40,821 nucleotides of DNA from the NCBI GenBank assembly GCA_005777415.1, contig SXMI01000035.1, forward strand, positions 1-40,821, read 5' to 3'. The position numbers and the translations under genes were made by a program. This DNA is from Actinomycetota bacterium. Its GTDB lineage: Bacteria > Actinomycetota > Acidimicrobiia > Acidimicrobiales > Microtrichaceae. The notes beneath the pieces are model-generated. The model worked only from the letters and a program-made list of their open reading frames with translations. It ran no database searches and was not told the origin of the DNA. Shown in pieces: positions 34,083 through 40,821 of the stretch. How positions within the stretch are numbered: position 1 is the first letter of the stretch; every line of letters begins with the position of its first letter.

Positions 34083-35084
34083 ATGCTCAGCTGGTACCTC
34101 TCGGAGTCACCCGGCCGGTACGCCTTCGGCGAGGTGCCCGACCCCGTTCCCGGTCCCGGCGAGGTCCGGATCGCGGTGCGGGCCTCGGCGCTGAACCACA
34201 TGGACCTGTGGCTCACCACCGGCCTGCCCAAGCCCCCGTCACTGCCGCACGTTCCCGGCAACGACGTGGCCGGCGTGGTCGAGTCGCTGGGTGAGGGGGT
34301 GACCACCTGGTCGGTGGGCGACGAGGTGGTGGTGAACACCGCGCTCGTCCCGGCCGCAGCCCTCGAGCGCGGCGTCGACGCCGTCCTGGACCCGGCGATG
34401 CGGCTGCTGGGCGAACACTGCTGGGGCGGACACGGCGAGTTCTGCGTCGTGCCGGCGCACCAGCTGGCCGCCAAACCCCCGGGGCGTTCCTGGGCCGAGG
34501 TGGCCTCGTACCCGGTGTGCGGCACGACGGCCTGGCGGCTCTTCCGGCGGGCGGAGCTGCGACCGGACGAGTCCGTGCTCATCACCGGGATCGGGGGCGG
34601 TGTGGCCACGGCGGCCTTCAGCCTGGCGCTGCACCTCGGCTGCGAGGTGTTCGTCACCTCACGGGACGAGTCCAAACGCCGTCGGGCGCTCGAGCTCGGG
34701 GCCAGCGGGGCGTTCGACTCCGAGGAGCCCTACCCCGTGACCGTGGACGTGGTGGTCGACAGCATCGGACCGGCCACCTGGGACCACGCCTTCCGCACCC
34801 TGCGCCACGGCGGCCGGATGCTCGTCTGCGGCGGCACCTCGGGGCCCAAGGTCGAACTGAACCTGCCCCGCCTGTTCTTCAAGCAGCTCGACATCATCGG
34901 TGCGAGCTGCGGGAGTCAGGTCGAGTTCGAGCAGGTCACCGAGCTGGTGGCCGACGGCCTGCCCGTGATCGTCGACGAGGTGGTGCCGCTGGCGGACTAC
35001 CCGCTCGCCCTGGATCGGCTCCGGGCCGCCGATCAGCTCGGAAAACTGGTGCTCGAGCACCCGATCGGGGTCAACCGGGCCTAG
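34083..35084 (+). CDS. Zinc-type alcohol dehydrogenase/quinone oxidoreductase (MDR superfamily)
   Basis: Motifs are GEVRIAVRASALNHMDLW, PHVPGNDVAGVVESLGEGV and the Rossmann motif ITGIGGGVATAAFSLA. Confidence 0.85.
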   Translation: MLSWYLSESPGRYAFGEVPDPVPGPGEVRIAVRASALNHMDLWLTTGLPKPPSLPHVPGNDVAGVVESLGEGVTTWSVGDEVVVNTALVPAAALERGVDAVLDPAMRLLGEHCWGGHGEFCVVPAHQLAAKPPGRSWAEVASYPVCGTTAWRLFRRAELRPDESVLITGIGGGVATAAFSLALHLGCEVFVTSRDESKRRRALELGASGAFDSEEPYPVTVDVVVDSIGPATWDHAFRTLRHGGRMLVCGGTSGPKVELNLPRLFFKQLDIIGASCGSQVEFEQVTELVADGLPVIVDEVVPLADYPLALDRLRAADQLGKLVLEHPIGVNRA

Positions 35085-35087
35085 CAT
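35082..35087 (+). promoter_or_regulatory. Candidate -10 hexamer TAGCAT (leaderless tatA promoter)
   Basis: TAGCAT-ggcggt-GTG(35094), a 6-nt spacer. The TAG is also the stop codon of the upstream gene. Confidence 0.3.
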
Positions 35088-35093
35088 GGCGGT

Positions 35094-35273
35094 GTGTTCA
35101 ACGGACCCGAGATCTGGATCATCGTCGTCGTCCTGCTCGTCCTCTTCGGTGGGAGCCAGCTCCCCAAGCTCGCCCGGAGCCTCGGTGAGGCCCAGAAGGA
35201 GCTGAAGAAGGGCATGAAGGACGAGGGCAGCAGCGACTCCACGCCGGCCGAGCCGTCCACCGACGCCTCCTGA
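35094..35273 (+). CDS. tatA: Twin-arginine translocase subunit TatA (59 aa); absent from the supplied ORF track
   Basis: Manual translation from the GTG at 35094 gives VFNGPEIWIIVVVLLVLFGGSQLPKLARSLGEAQKELKKGMKDEGSSDSTPAEPSTDAS, ending at TGA 35271-35273. The TM helix, FG hinge and amphipathic helix are canonical TatA features. An in-frame TAG at 35082 excludes any longer start. Confidence 0.75.
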   Translation: MFNGPEIWIIVVVLLVLFGGSQLPKLARSLGEAQKELKKGMKDEGSSDSTPAEPSTDAS

Positions 35274-35307
35274 GGCGAACGGACGACCCGATGCAGGCGG
35301 CGACCCC

Positions 35308-36465
35308 GTGAGTTCCGCCGCGCCGCTGGAGACCTCGCAGATCGCCTCGCTGGTCGCCACCGAGGCCGATCTGTTGGTGGCCGTGAGCCACGACATCTGG
35401 GAGCACCCGGAGCTCTGCTTCGAGGAGCACCATGCCCACGACCTCCTCGTCGGCGCACTGGCGGACGCCGGACTCGACCCGACCCCGCACGCCTTCGGGT
35501 TGGACACGGCCTTCGTCGCCGACGTCGGGACCGAGGGTCCGCTGGTGGCCGTGCTCTGCGAGTACGACGCCCTCCCGGGGCTGGGCCACGCGTGCGGACA
35601 CAACGTGATCGCCGCCGCCGGGCTCGGAGCGGGACTGGCCCTGGCCAGGCTGGCCGACGAGCTCGGTGGCCGGGTCCGGATCATGGGCACCCCGGCGGAG
35701 GAGGGTGGCGGCGGCAAGGAGCTCCTGCTCCGTGCCGGGGCCTTCGACAGCGTCGACGCCGCACTCATGGTCCACCCGGCGGACCGGGACCTGCCCACCA
35801 TGCGGGCGATCGCTGTCCACCAGGTCCACGCCACCTACCACGGCGTCGCGGCCCATGCTGCCGCTGCGCCCGAGCAAGGCCGCAACGCCCTCGACGCCGC
35901 GGTGCTGGGCTACGTGAACGTGGCGGCGCTCCGCCAGCACATCGCCGGGGACGACCGGATCCACGGCGTGTTCACCGATGGGGGAGCGGCGCCGAACATC
36001 GTCCCCGACCGGGCGGCGATGCACTGGTTCATCCGGTCGGCGACCGGCGAGTCGCTCCGGGAGCTCGAGCCCCGGGTCGAGCGATGCCTCGAGGCGGGGG
36101 CCACGGCTGCCGGATGCGAGCTGGACCTGTCGTGGGTCGATCCGGCCTACGACGAGGTCGTCGACGACCCGTGGCTGCTCGCACGGTGGTGCGAGCACAG
36201 TGCCCAACTCGGTCGGCCGGTGGAGGACCCGGAGGTGGACGGCCCCGTCGTGGGTTCCACCGACATGGGGAACGTCAGCAAGCGGGTCCCGTCGATCCAC
36301 CCCATGATCGCCGTCGCTCCCCGGGGCGTGCCGATCCACACCGCCGAGTTCGCCGAGCACGCCCGGGGTCCCGCCGGGGACCGGGCGGCCGTCGACGGGG
36401 CCGTCCTGCTGGCGGCCACGGCCCTCGATCGGTGGGCCGCAGCGCCATCCCCTCGGTCCCCCTGA
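35308..36465 (+). CDS. M20-family amidohydrolase (peptidase M20D, AbgB/hippuricase-like)
   Basis: Motifs are IWEHPELCFEEHHAH, EYDALPGLGHACGHN, GTPAEEGGGGK and AAHAAAAPEQGRNALDA. Confidence 0.8.
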   Translation: MSSAAPLETSQIASLVATEADLLVAVSHDIWEHPELCFEEHHAHDLLVGALADAGLDPTPHAFGLDTAFVADVGTEGPLVAVLCEYDALPGLGHACGHNVIAAAGLGAGLALARLADELGGRVRIMGTPAEEGGGGKELLLRAGAFDSVDAALMVHPADRDLPTMRAIAVHQVHATYHGVAAHAAAAPEQGRNALDAAVLGYVNVAALRQHIAGDDRIHGVFTDGGAAPNIVPDRAAMHWFIRSATGESLRELEPRVERCLEAGATAAGCELDLSWVDPAYDEVVDDPWLLARWCEHSAQLGRPVEDPEVDGPVVGSTDMGNVSKRVPSIHPMIAVAPRGVPIHTAEFAEHARGPAGDRAAVDGAVLLAATALDRWAAAPSPRSP

Positions 36466-36473
36466 ACCCGATC

Positions 36474-36479
36474 TAGTCT
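36474..36479 (+). promoter_or_regulatory. Candidate -10 hexamer TAGTCT (leaderless)
   Basis: TAGTCT-cggcgccg-ATG(36488), an 8-nt spacer. Confidence 0.3.
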
Positions 36480-36487
36480 CGGCGCCG

Positions 36488-38119
36488 ATGAGCGGCCCCG
36501 TTCCGACCTACGTCACCGAGTCCTTCGACGACGAGGAACAGACCGTCCTCCGGCGGTACTTCACGAACCTCGACGGGCCGGTGTTCGCCCTGGTGAACCT
36601 GCCCGAGGTCGTCAAGGGCGCCCTGTTCGCCCGGTACTCGCGTTCGGCCAAGTCGCTGCGGCGCCTGTTCCTCGACGAGTTCGTGGGTGAGCTCGACACC
36701 ACCGGTGACGAGACGATCGACGCCACGATCGGCCTGGAGCGGGCCGAGGCCCTCTACGACCGGGTGTTCTTCGAGTACGGCGACGACAGCGTCGCCCAGC
36801 TCGGCGGCGTCCATCTGGCCTGCGAGCAGGCGTCGAACCTCCTCACGAAGGTCCTCGAGTGGGGACGGCTGATGTCGTACCTCGAGCAGAGCACCCGCTA
36901 CATCCCCTACGACGAGCGGCTCGGTGGGCGGTACCGGTACTTCCGGGACCCGGAGATCCTGTCGTCGAACCTCGGGGCTCGGTACGTGGGCGACATGGAC
37001 CGGCTCTTCGACACCTACGCCACCCTGGCCCGTGACATCCAGGACCACTTCCGGGAGCACTTCCCCAAGGCCGAGGGCGACTCCGACTTCGTGCACCGCC
37101 AGGCCATCCGGGCCAAGGCCTTCGACGCCACCCGAGGCATCCTGCCCGCGGCGGCGCTGTCCAACGTCGGCATCTACGGCTCCGGACAGGCCTTCGAGTC
37201 CCTCCTGCTCCGGATGCGGTCGCACCCCCTGCCCGAGTCGCGGACCTACGCCGACCTGATGCTGACGGAACTGCGGAAGGTGATCCCGAGCTTCCTGAAG
37301 CGCGTCGACCTCCCGGACCGGGGCGTCGCCTGGAGCGACTACCTCGAACAGAACCGTTCGGCCATGGAGACGGTGGCCTACGAGATGCTCTCGGGTGATG
37401 CCGTCCAGGGTCCGACCGCCCCGTCGGTGGACCTCGTCGACTTCGACCCCGACGGCGAGATCAAGATGGTCGCCGCCATGCTGTACCCGTACACGGGCCT
37501 CGCCGAGTCCCGGTTGCTCGATCGGGTCCGGGCCATGTCGACCGAGGACCGCATGGCGGTCGTGCGGGCCTACGTGGGTGAGCGCGGCAACCGTCGGCAC
37601 AAGCCCGGTCGGGCCCTGGAACGGACGGACTACCGCTTCGACGTGGTCTCCGACTACGGGGCGTTCCGGGACCTCCAGCGACACCGGATGGCCACCATCG
37701 AGTGGCAGGAGCTCGGTCCGCTCCACGGGTACACGCGGCCGCCGTCGATCGATGACGCCGGGCTCACCGAACCCTTCGACGAGGCCATGGAGCTGTCACG
37801 CCAGCTGTGGTCGGCGCTGTCCGAGCGGTTCCCGGAGCGTTCCGCCTATGCCGTCTCGCTGGCGTACCGGGTGCGCTACGTGATGCAATTCAACGCCCGT
37901 GAGGCGATGCACCTCATCGAGCTCCGCACGGCCACACAGGGGCACCCGTCCTACCGGGCGGTCGGCCAGGCGATGCACCGCCTGATCGCCGAGCGCGCCG
38001 GGCACCGGGCCGTGGCCGAGATGATGCGGTACGTGGATCACTCCGGCGGTGCGGATCTGGAGCGACTCGGCGCCGAACGCCGGGCCGAGGAGCGCCGCTC
38101 GGCGAGCGGGAGCTCCTAG
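36488..38119 (+). CDS. Long (543 aa) ThyX-like FAD-dependent thymidylate synthase family protein
   Basis: Track ORF with FTNLDGPVFALVNLPEVVKGALFARYSRS and FRDLQRHRMATIEWQ (an RHR-type motif). This is a family assignment from memory and has not been verified. Confidence 0.6.
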   Translation: MSGPVPTYVTESFDDEEQTVLRRYFTNLDGPVFALVNLPEVVKGALFARYSRSAKSLRRLFLDEFVGELDTTGDETIDATIGLERAEALYDRVFFEYGDDSVAQLGGVHLACEQASNLLTKVLEWGRLMSYLEQSTRYIPYDERLGGRYRYFRDPEILSSNLGARYVGDMDRLFDTYATLARDIQDHFREHFPKAEGDSDFVHRQAIRAKAFDATRGILPAAALSNVGIYGSGQAFESLLLRMRSHPLPESRTYADLMLTELRKVIPSFLKRVDLPDRGVAWSDYLEQNRSAMETVAYEMLSGDAVQGPTAPSVDLVDFDPDGEIKMVAAMLYPYTGLAESRLLDRVRAMSTEDRMAVVRAYVGERGNRRHKPGRALERTDYRFDVVSDYGAFRDLQRHRMATIEWQELGPLHGYTRPPSIDDAGLTEPFDEAMELSRQLWSALSERFPERSAYAVSLAYRVRYVMQFNAREAMHLIELRTATQGHPSYRAVGQAMHRLIAERAGHRAVAEMMRYVDHSGGADLERLGAERRAEERRSASGSS

Positions 38120-38168
38120 GTCGCAACCGCTCCGGCCGGGATGTCGCTCGGCCGTGGGTGGGCGTGTC

Positions 38169-38174
38169 TATGAT
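38169..38174 (+). promoter_or_regulatory. Candidate -10 hexamer TATGAT (leadered promoter of the DUF4193-like gene)
   Basis: This is the best -10 match in the window. It lies about 50 nt upstream of the ATG at 38225, which has its own GAGGAG Shine-Dalgarno sequence. Confidence 0.35.
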
Positions 38175-38224
38175 GCGCCCGACTCGTGGCCCGGGACCGA
38201 CCCGGCGGCACGGGGCGAGGAGAC

Positions 38225-38899
38225 ATGAGCGACGAATCCGACGAGGTGGAACTCGATGACGAGCTCGGCGTCGAGCTCGACGAGGAACTGGACGAGGAGC
38301 TCGACGGCGATCTCGACGGTGATCTCGACGGCGACCTCGACGGAGACCTCGACGGGGAAGGCGACGGCGCCCTCCCGGGCGACGAGGAGTCCGACGAGTC
38401 CGACGAGGATGCCGTGCCGACGGCGCGCCGGAAGCGGGGCGAGGACCTCGAGGACGACGAGGACGAACCGGACGACGACGACGTCGAGGCCGATCTCGAC
38501 ACCATCCTCAAGGACCGGATCGCTTCCGGTGACGACGAGGACGAGGACGAAGAGGCCCCCGAGGAGCCGACCGGCGAGGCGGCCGAGCGGGTCGCACCAC
38601 GATCCGGTGACGAGTTCGCGTGCACGACCTGCTTCCTGATCGTCCACCCCCGGCAGTTCGGACGACCCGGGAGCTATCGGTGTCCCGAGGGGTACGATCC
38701 CTGTAGTGGGATCGACGAACTCGAACGGCGTGCGTCGAAGCCCGCGAAGCGACCTGCCGCCAAGGGCGGTGGATCGCGTTCGAGCGCCAAGCAGCCGGCG
38801 ACGAAGCGATCCGCTGCGAAACAGCCTGCCTCGAAACAGCCTGCTGCGAAGCGACCTGCCTCGAAACGATCTGCCTCGAAGCGCCCCTCGTCGGGCTGA
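38225..38899 (+). CDS. DUF4193-like protein with a hyper-acidic repeat N-terminus, a Cys-containing core and a Lys/Ala/Pro-rich basic repeat tail
   Basis: The ATG at 38225 has GAGGAG upstream. The N-terminus has a (GDLD)x4 repeat. The core reads EFACTTCFLIVHPRQF...YRCPEGYDPC. The tail reads KPAKRPAAKGG..AKQPATKRSAAKQPASKQPAAKRPASKRSASKRP. Confidence 0.65.
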   Translation: MSDESDEVELDDELGVELDEELDEELDGDLDGDLDGDLDGDLDGEGDGALPGDEESDESDEDAVPTARRKRGEDLEDDEDEPDDDDVEADLDTILKDRIASGDDEDEDEEAPEEPTGEAAERVAPRSGDEFACTTCFLIVHPRQFGRPGSYRCPEGYDPCSGIDELERRASKPAKRPAAKGGGSRSSAKQPATKRSAAKQPASKQPAAKRPASKRSASKRPSSG

Positions 38900-38946
38900 G
38901 CCGGGACCGGGATCGTCGGATCGGTGGGAACGTGGCGGAGACGCAG

Positions 38947-39420
38947 ATGAGTGACGCGCCCCAGCAGCGACTCGTCGATGCGGTCCTCGACGAGTTCGCC
39001 GGGGCGGTGCCCCGGCTCATCTCCCGGACGCGCCGACAGGTGCACGTCGGCCGGACCATCGCCGCCCGCCTGCCGTGCCTGGGTGCGCTGGCCCCAGCGG
39101 CCCGCCCGATCAGCGTGCCCGCCCACGAACGGGTGGGGGTCACGGTCGTCGACGTGCTCGCCTCGGACTGGGAGGACGGAGCCGCTGGCAGCGATCCGAC
39201 GGTGCCGCCCGTCGAGCCCGTGCCGCTCAGCGAACCCGTCCCCGACGCCGCGGAGCTCCCGCTGCAGGACTACGACGCCCTGGCCGCCTCGCAGGTGGTG
39301 CCCCGGCTCACGAGCCTGTCGTTGGCCGAGCTCGATGCAGTCCGACGCTACGAGCGGGGTCACCGGAACCGACAGACGATCCTGAACCGCGTCGGTCAGT
39401 TGCTCGCCGATCAGGCCTGA
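38947..39420 (+). CDS. Hypothetical protein with a conserved-looking C-terminal helical motif
   Basis: The ATG at 38947 has GGAG 7 nt upstream. The C-terminus reads LPLQDYDALAASQVVPRLTSLSLAELDAVRRYERGHRNRQTILNRVGQLL. No family was confidently recognised. Confidence 0.5.
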   Translation: MSDAPQQRLVDAVLDEFAGAVPRLISRTRRQVHVGRTIAARLPCLGALAPAARPISVPAHERVGVTVVDVLASDWEDGAAGSDPTVPPVEPVPLSEPVPDAAELPLQDYDALAASQVVPRLTSLSLAELDAVRRYERGHRNRQTILNRVGQLLADQA

Positions 39421-39425
39421 TCCGG

Positions 39426-39890
39426 GTGACCTCGACCGACACCTCGGACTGGACGGTCGGGGTCCGCCCCGAGCGGCCCGAGGACGTCGGCGCCGTCGAG
39501 CGTGTCCGGGACGAGGTCCTCCGCACCCTCGCCGGCCTCCGGGGCGGTGAGGCGCACCCGGCACCGGCGGGGGAGCCCGGCGTCACGGCCGCCGACCTGT
39601 CGCTCGTCGGCACGATCGGCCCCGTGGTGGTCGGAGCGCTCCGAGCCGGGACGACGGTCGACGGGAGCGGGGCGACGATCTGCACGATCAGCTTCATCGG
39701 GGTGGAGCCGGCAGCCCGAGGGGTCGGCGTCGGGCGGGCCCTGCTCACCTCGGCCTGCGACTGGGCAAGGGGACAGGGGGCGTCAGCGGTGGACTCATCG
39801 GCGCTGCCCGGCGACCGCTCCACCAAGAACTTCTTCGAGGCGCACGGCATGGTGGCCAGGCTCATCGTCGTGCGCAGTTCGCTGGCGTGA
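39426..39890 (+). CDS. GNAT-family N-acetyltransferase
   Basis: The GTG at 39426 lies within track ORF 39075..39890. The acetyl-CoA binding motif is [17 protein letters not shown] (R/Q-x-x-G-x-G/A). Confidence 0.7.
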   Translation: MTSTDTSDWTVGVRPERPEDVGAVERVRDEVLRTLAGLRGGEAHPAPAGEPGVTAADLSLVGTIGPVVVGALRAGTTVDGSGATICTISFIGVEPAARGVGVGRALLTSACDWARGQGASAVDSSALPGDRSTKNFFEAHGMVARLIVVRSSLA

Positions 39891-40318
39891 CCTCGACGTC
39901 ACCCGGCGATCCCGCCGCAGGGCCCCGACTGGCCGTCGGAGCCGTGGTCGTGGCCGACGAGGAGCTGCTCATGGTCCGCCGCGGTCACGGCCCGGGAGCC
40001 GGCACCTGGTCCATCCCCGGGGGACACGTCGAGGCGGGGGAGACGCTCGCCGAGGCGGTCGTCAGGGAGCTTGCCGAGGAGACGGGCCTGGACGGCCTGT
40101 GCGGGCCGTTCCTGGGCTGGGTGGAACTGATCGGCGACCACGGTCACCTGGTCGTGATGGACTTCGAGGTGGTGGTCACGTCCGGAGGCGAGCCCACCGC
40201 CGGGGGAGACGCCGCCGAGGCGGCCTGGGTCCCGCTCTGGCAGGTGTCCGAGCTGCGTCTCGTCGAGGGACTGGCGGAGTTCCTCGCCGAGCACGGCGTC
40301 ATCGAGACGCTGACCTGA
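39887..40318 (+). CDS. NUDIX hydrolase
   Basis: The GTG overlaps the GNAT stop (GTGA). The Nudix box is [23 protein letters not shown]. Confidence 0.85.
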   Translation: MTSTSPGDPAAGPRLAVGAVVVADEELLMVRRGHGPGAGTWSIPGGHVEAGETLAEAVVRELAEETGLDGLCGPFLGWVELIGDHGHLVVMDFEVVVTSGGEPTAGGDAAEAAWVPLWQVSELRLVEGLAEFLAEHGVIETLT

Positions 40319-40333
40319 CCGACCTGAACGGTC

Positions 40334-40821
40334 TCAGCGACCCTTCCAGATCGGGGCGCGCTTCTCGGCGAAGGCGGTGAGGCCCTCACCGAAGTCCTCG
40401 GTCCCGAACATCTTCACGATCCCGTCGCCCGAGAGCTTCCAGCCGATCTCGTCGTCGGCGTCGACCGAGGCGAGCATGATCGCCCGGCTCTCCCGCACGG
40501 CGAGCGGTGCATTCGCACAGATCTCGGCGGCGAGCTCCAGTGCTGTCGAGAGGGCCTCGCCCTCGGCGCACAGCCGGTTCACCCAGCCGAAGTGGTACGC
40601 CCGCTCCGCCGGGAAGTCGAGACGGCCGGTGAGTGCCAGCTCCATGGCGACGTTGCGGGGGAGGGCACGGGGGAGGCGGAACAGCCCTCCGGCGGCGGCC
40701 ACCAGGTTGCGCTTCACCTCAGGGATGCCGAACACGGCGGTCTCGGAGGCGACGACCATGTCGGCGGCGAGCACGAGCTCGGTGCCGCCCGCCAGGGCCG
40801 GACCGTCGACGGCGGCGATGA
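40334..40821 (-). CDS. Enoyl-CoA hydratase/isomerase (crotonase) family, partial; the N-terminus lies beyond the window end
   Basis: The frame continues upstream of the track start, reading IAAVDGPALAGGTELVLAADMVVAS...FGIPEVKRNL...EGLTAFAEKRAPIWKGR. Confidence 0.85.
   Translation of the reverse strand, partial: IAAVDGPALAGGTELVLAADMVVASETAVFGIPEVKRNLVAAAGGLFRLPRALPRNVAMELALTGRLDFPAERAYHFGWVNRLCAEGEALSTALELAAEICANAPLAVRESRAIMLASVDADDEIGWKLSGDGIVKMFGTEDFGEGLTAFAEKRAPIWKGR

Overview
High-GC (about 70-72%) actinobacterial-type chromosomal segment. It is almost entirely coding and mostly on the + strand. Many neighbouring genes have 4-nt start/stop overlaps (GTGA/ATGA). The centre (about 13.0-25.2 kb) is a complete Pup-proteasome locus in the canonical order arc(mpa)-dop-pup-prcB-prcA ... 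pafA ... pafB-pafC. It is followed by lepB, a TatA/B-family gene, tatC and helY, as in mycobacterial synteny. Upstream lie a truncated transketolase, a FIST-domain pair, an ADP-forming acyl-CoA synthetase, a PBP4-type DD-peptidase, a Lon-N-domain protein, a small membrane-protein triad, a TtuB-like/TtuA tRNA-thiolation pair, TrmI, a MarP-like protease and a ferredoxin. Downstream lie a SCO1-PCuAC-CtaG copper-delivery cluster, an MDR oxidoreductase, a short TatA missed by the ORF track, an M20 amidohydrolase, a long ThyX-like protein, a DUF4193-like protein, and GNAT, NUDIX and partial crotonase genes. I saw no rRNA, tRNA, CRISPR array, transposase or integrase. Nothing here is an obvious mobile or defence island. 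The observations I rate most worth follow-up are listed here. (1) A CocE/NonD peptidase plus DUF3866 gene pair is wedged between pafA and pafBC. (2) A TtuB-like ubiquitin-fold protein ending GGAG instead of GG sits next to TtuA, a few kb from Pup. (3) A TA[G/C]NNT hexamer recurs 6-8 nt upstream of 12 start codons, implying leaderless transcription. (4) Composition and homology break at about nt 112, where transketolase stops mid-domain. (5) An 18-bp tandem repeat carries an in-frame stop codon in each unit. (6) An AT-rich inverted repeat lies upstream of arc. All functional calls come from motif and family recognition by eye; no searches were run.
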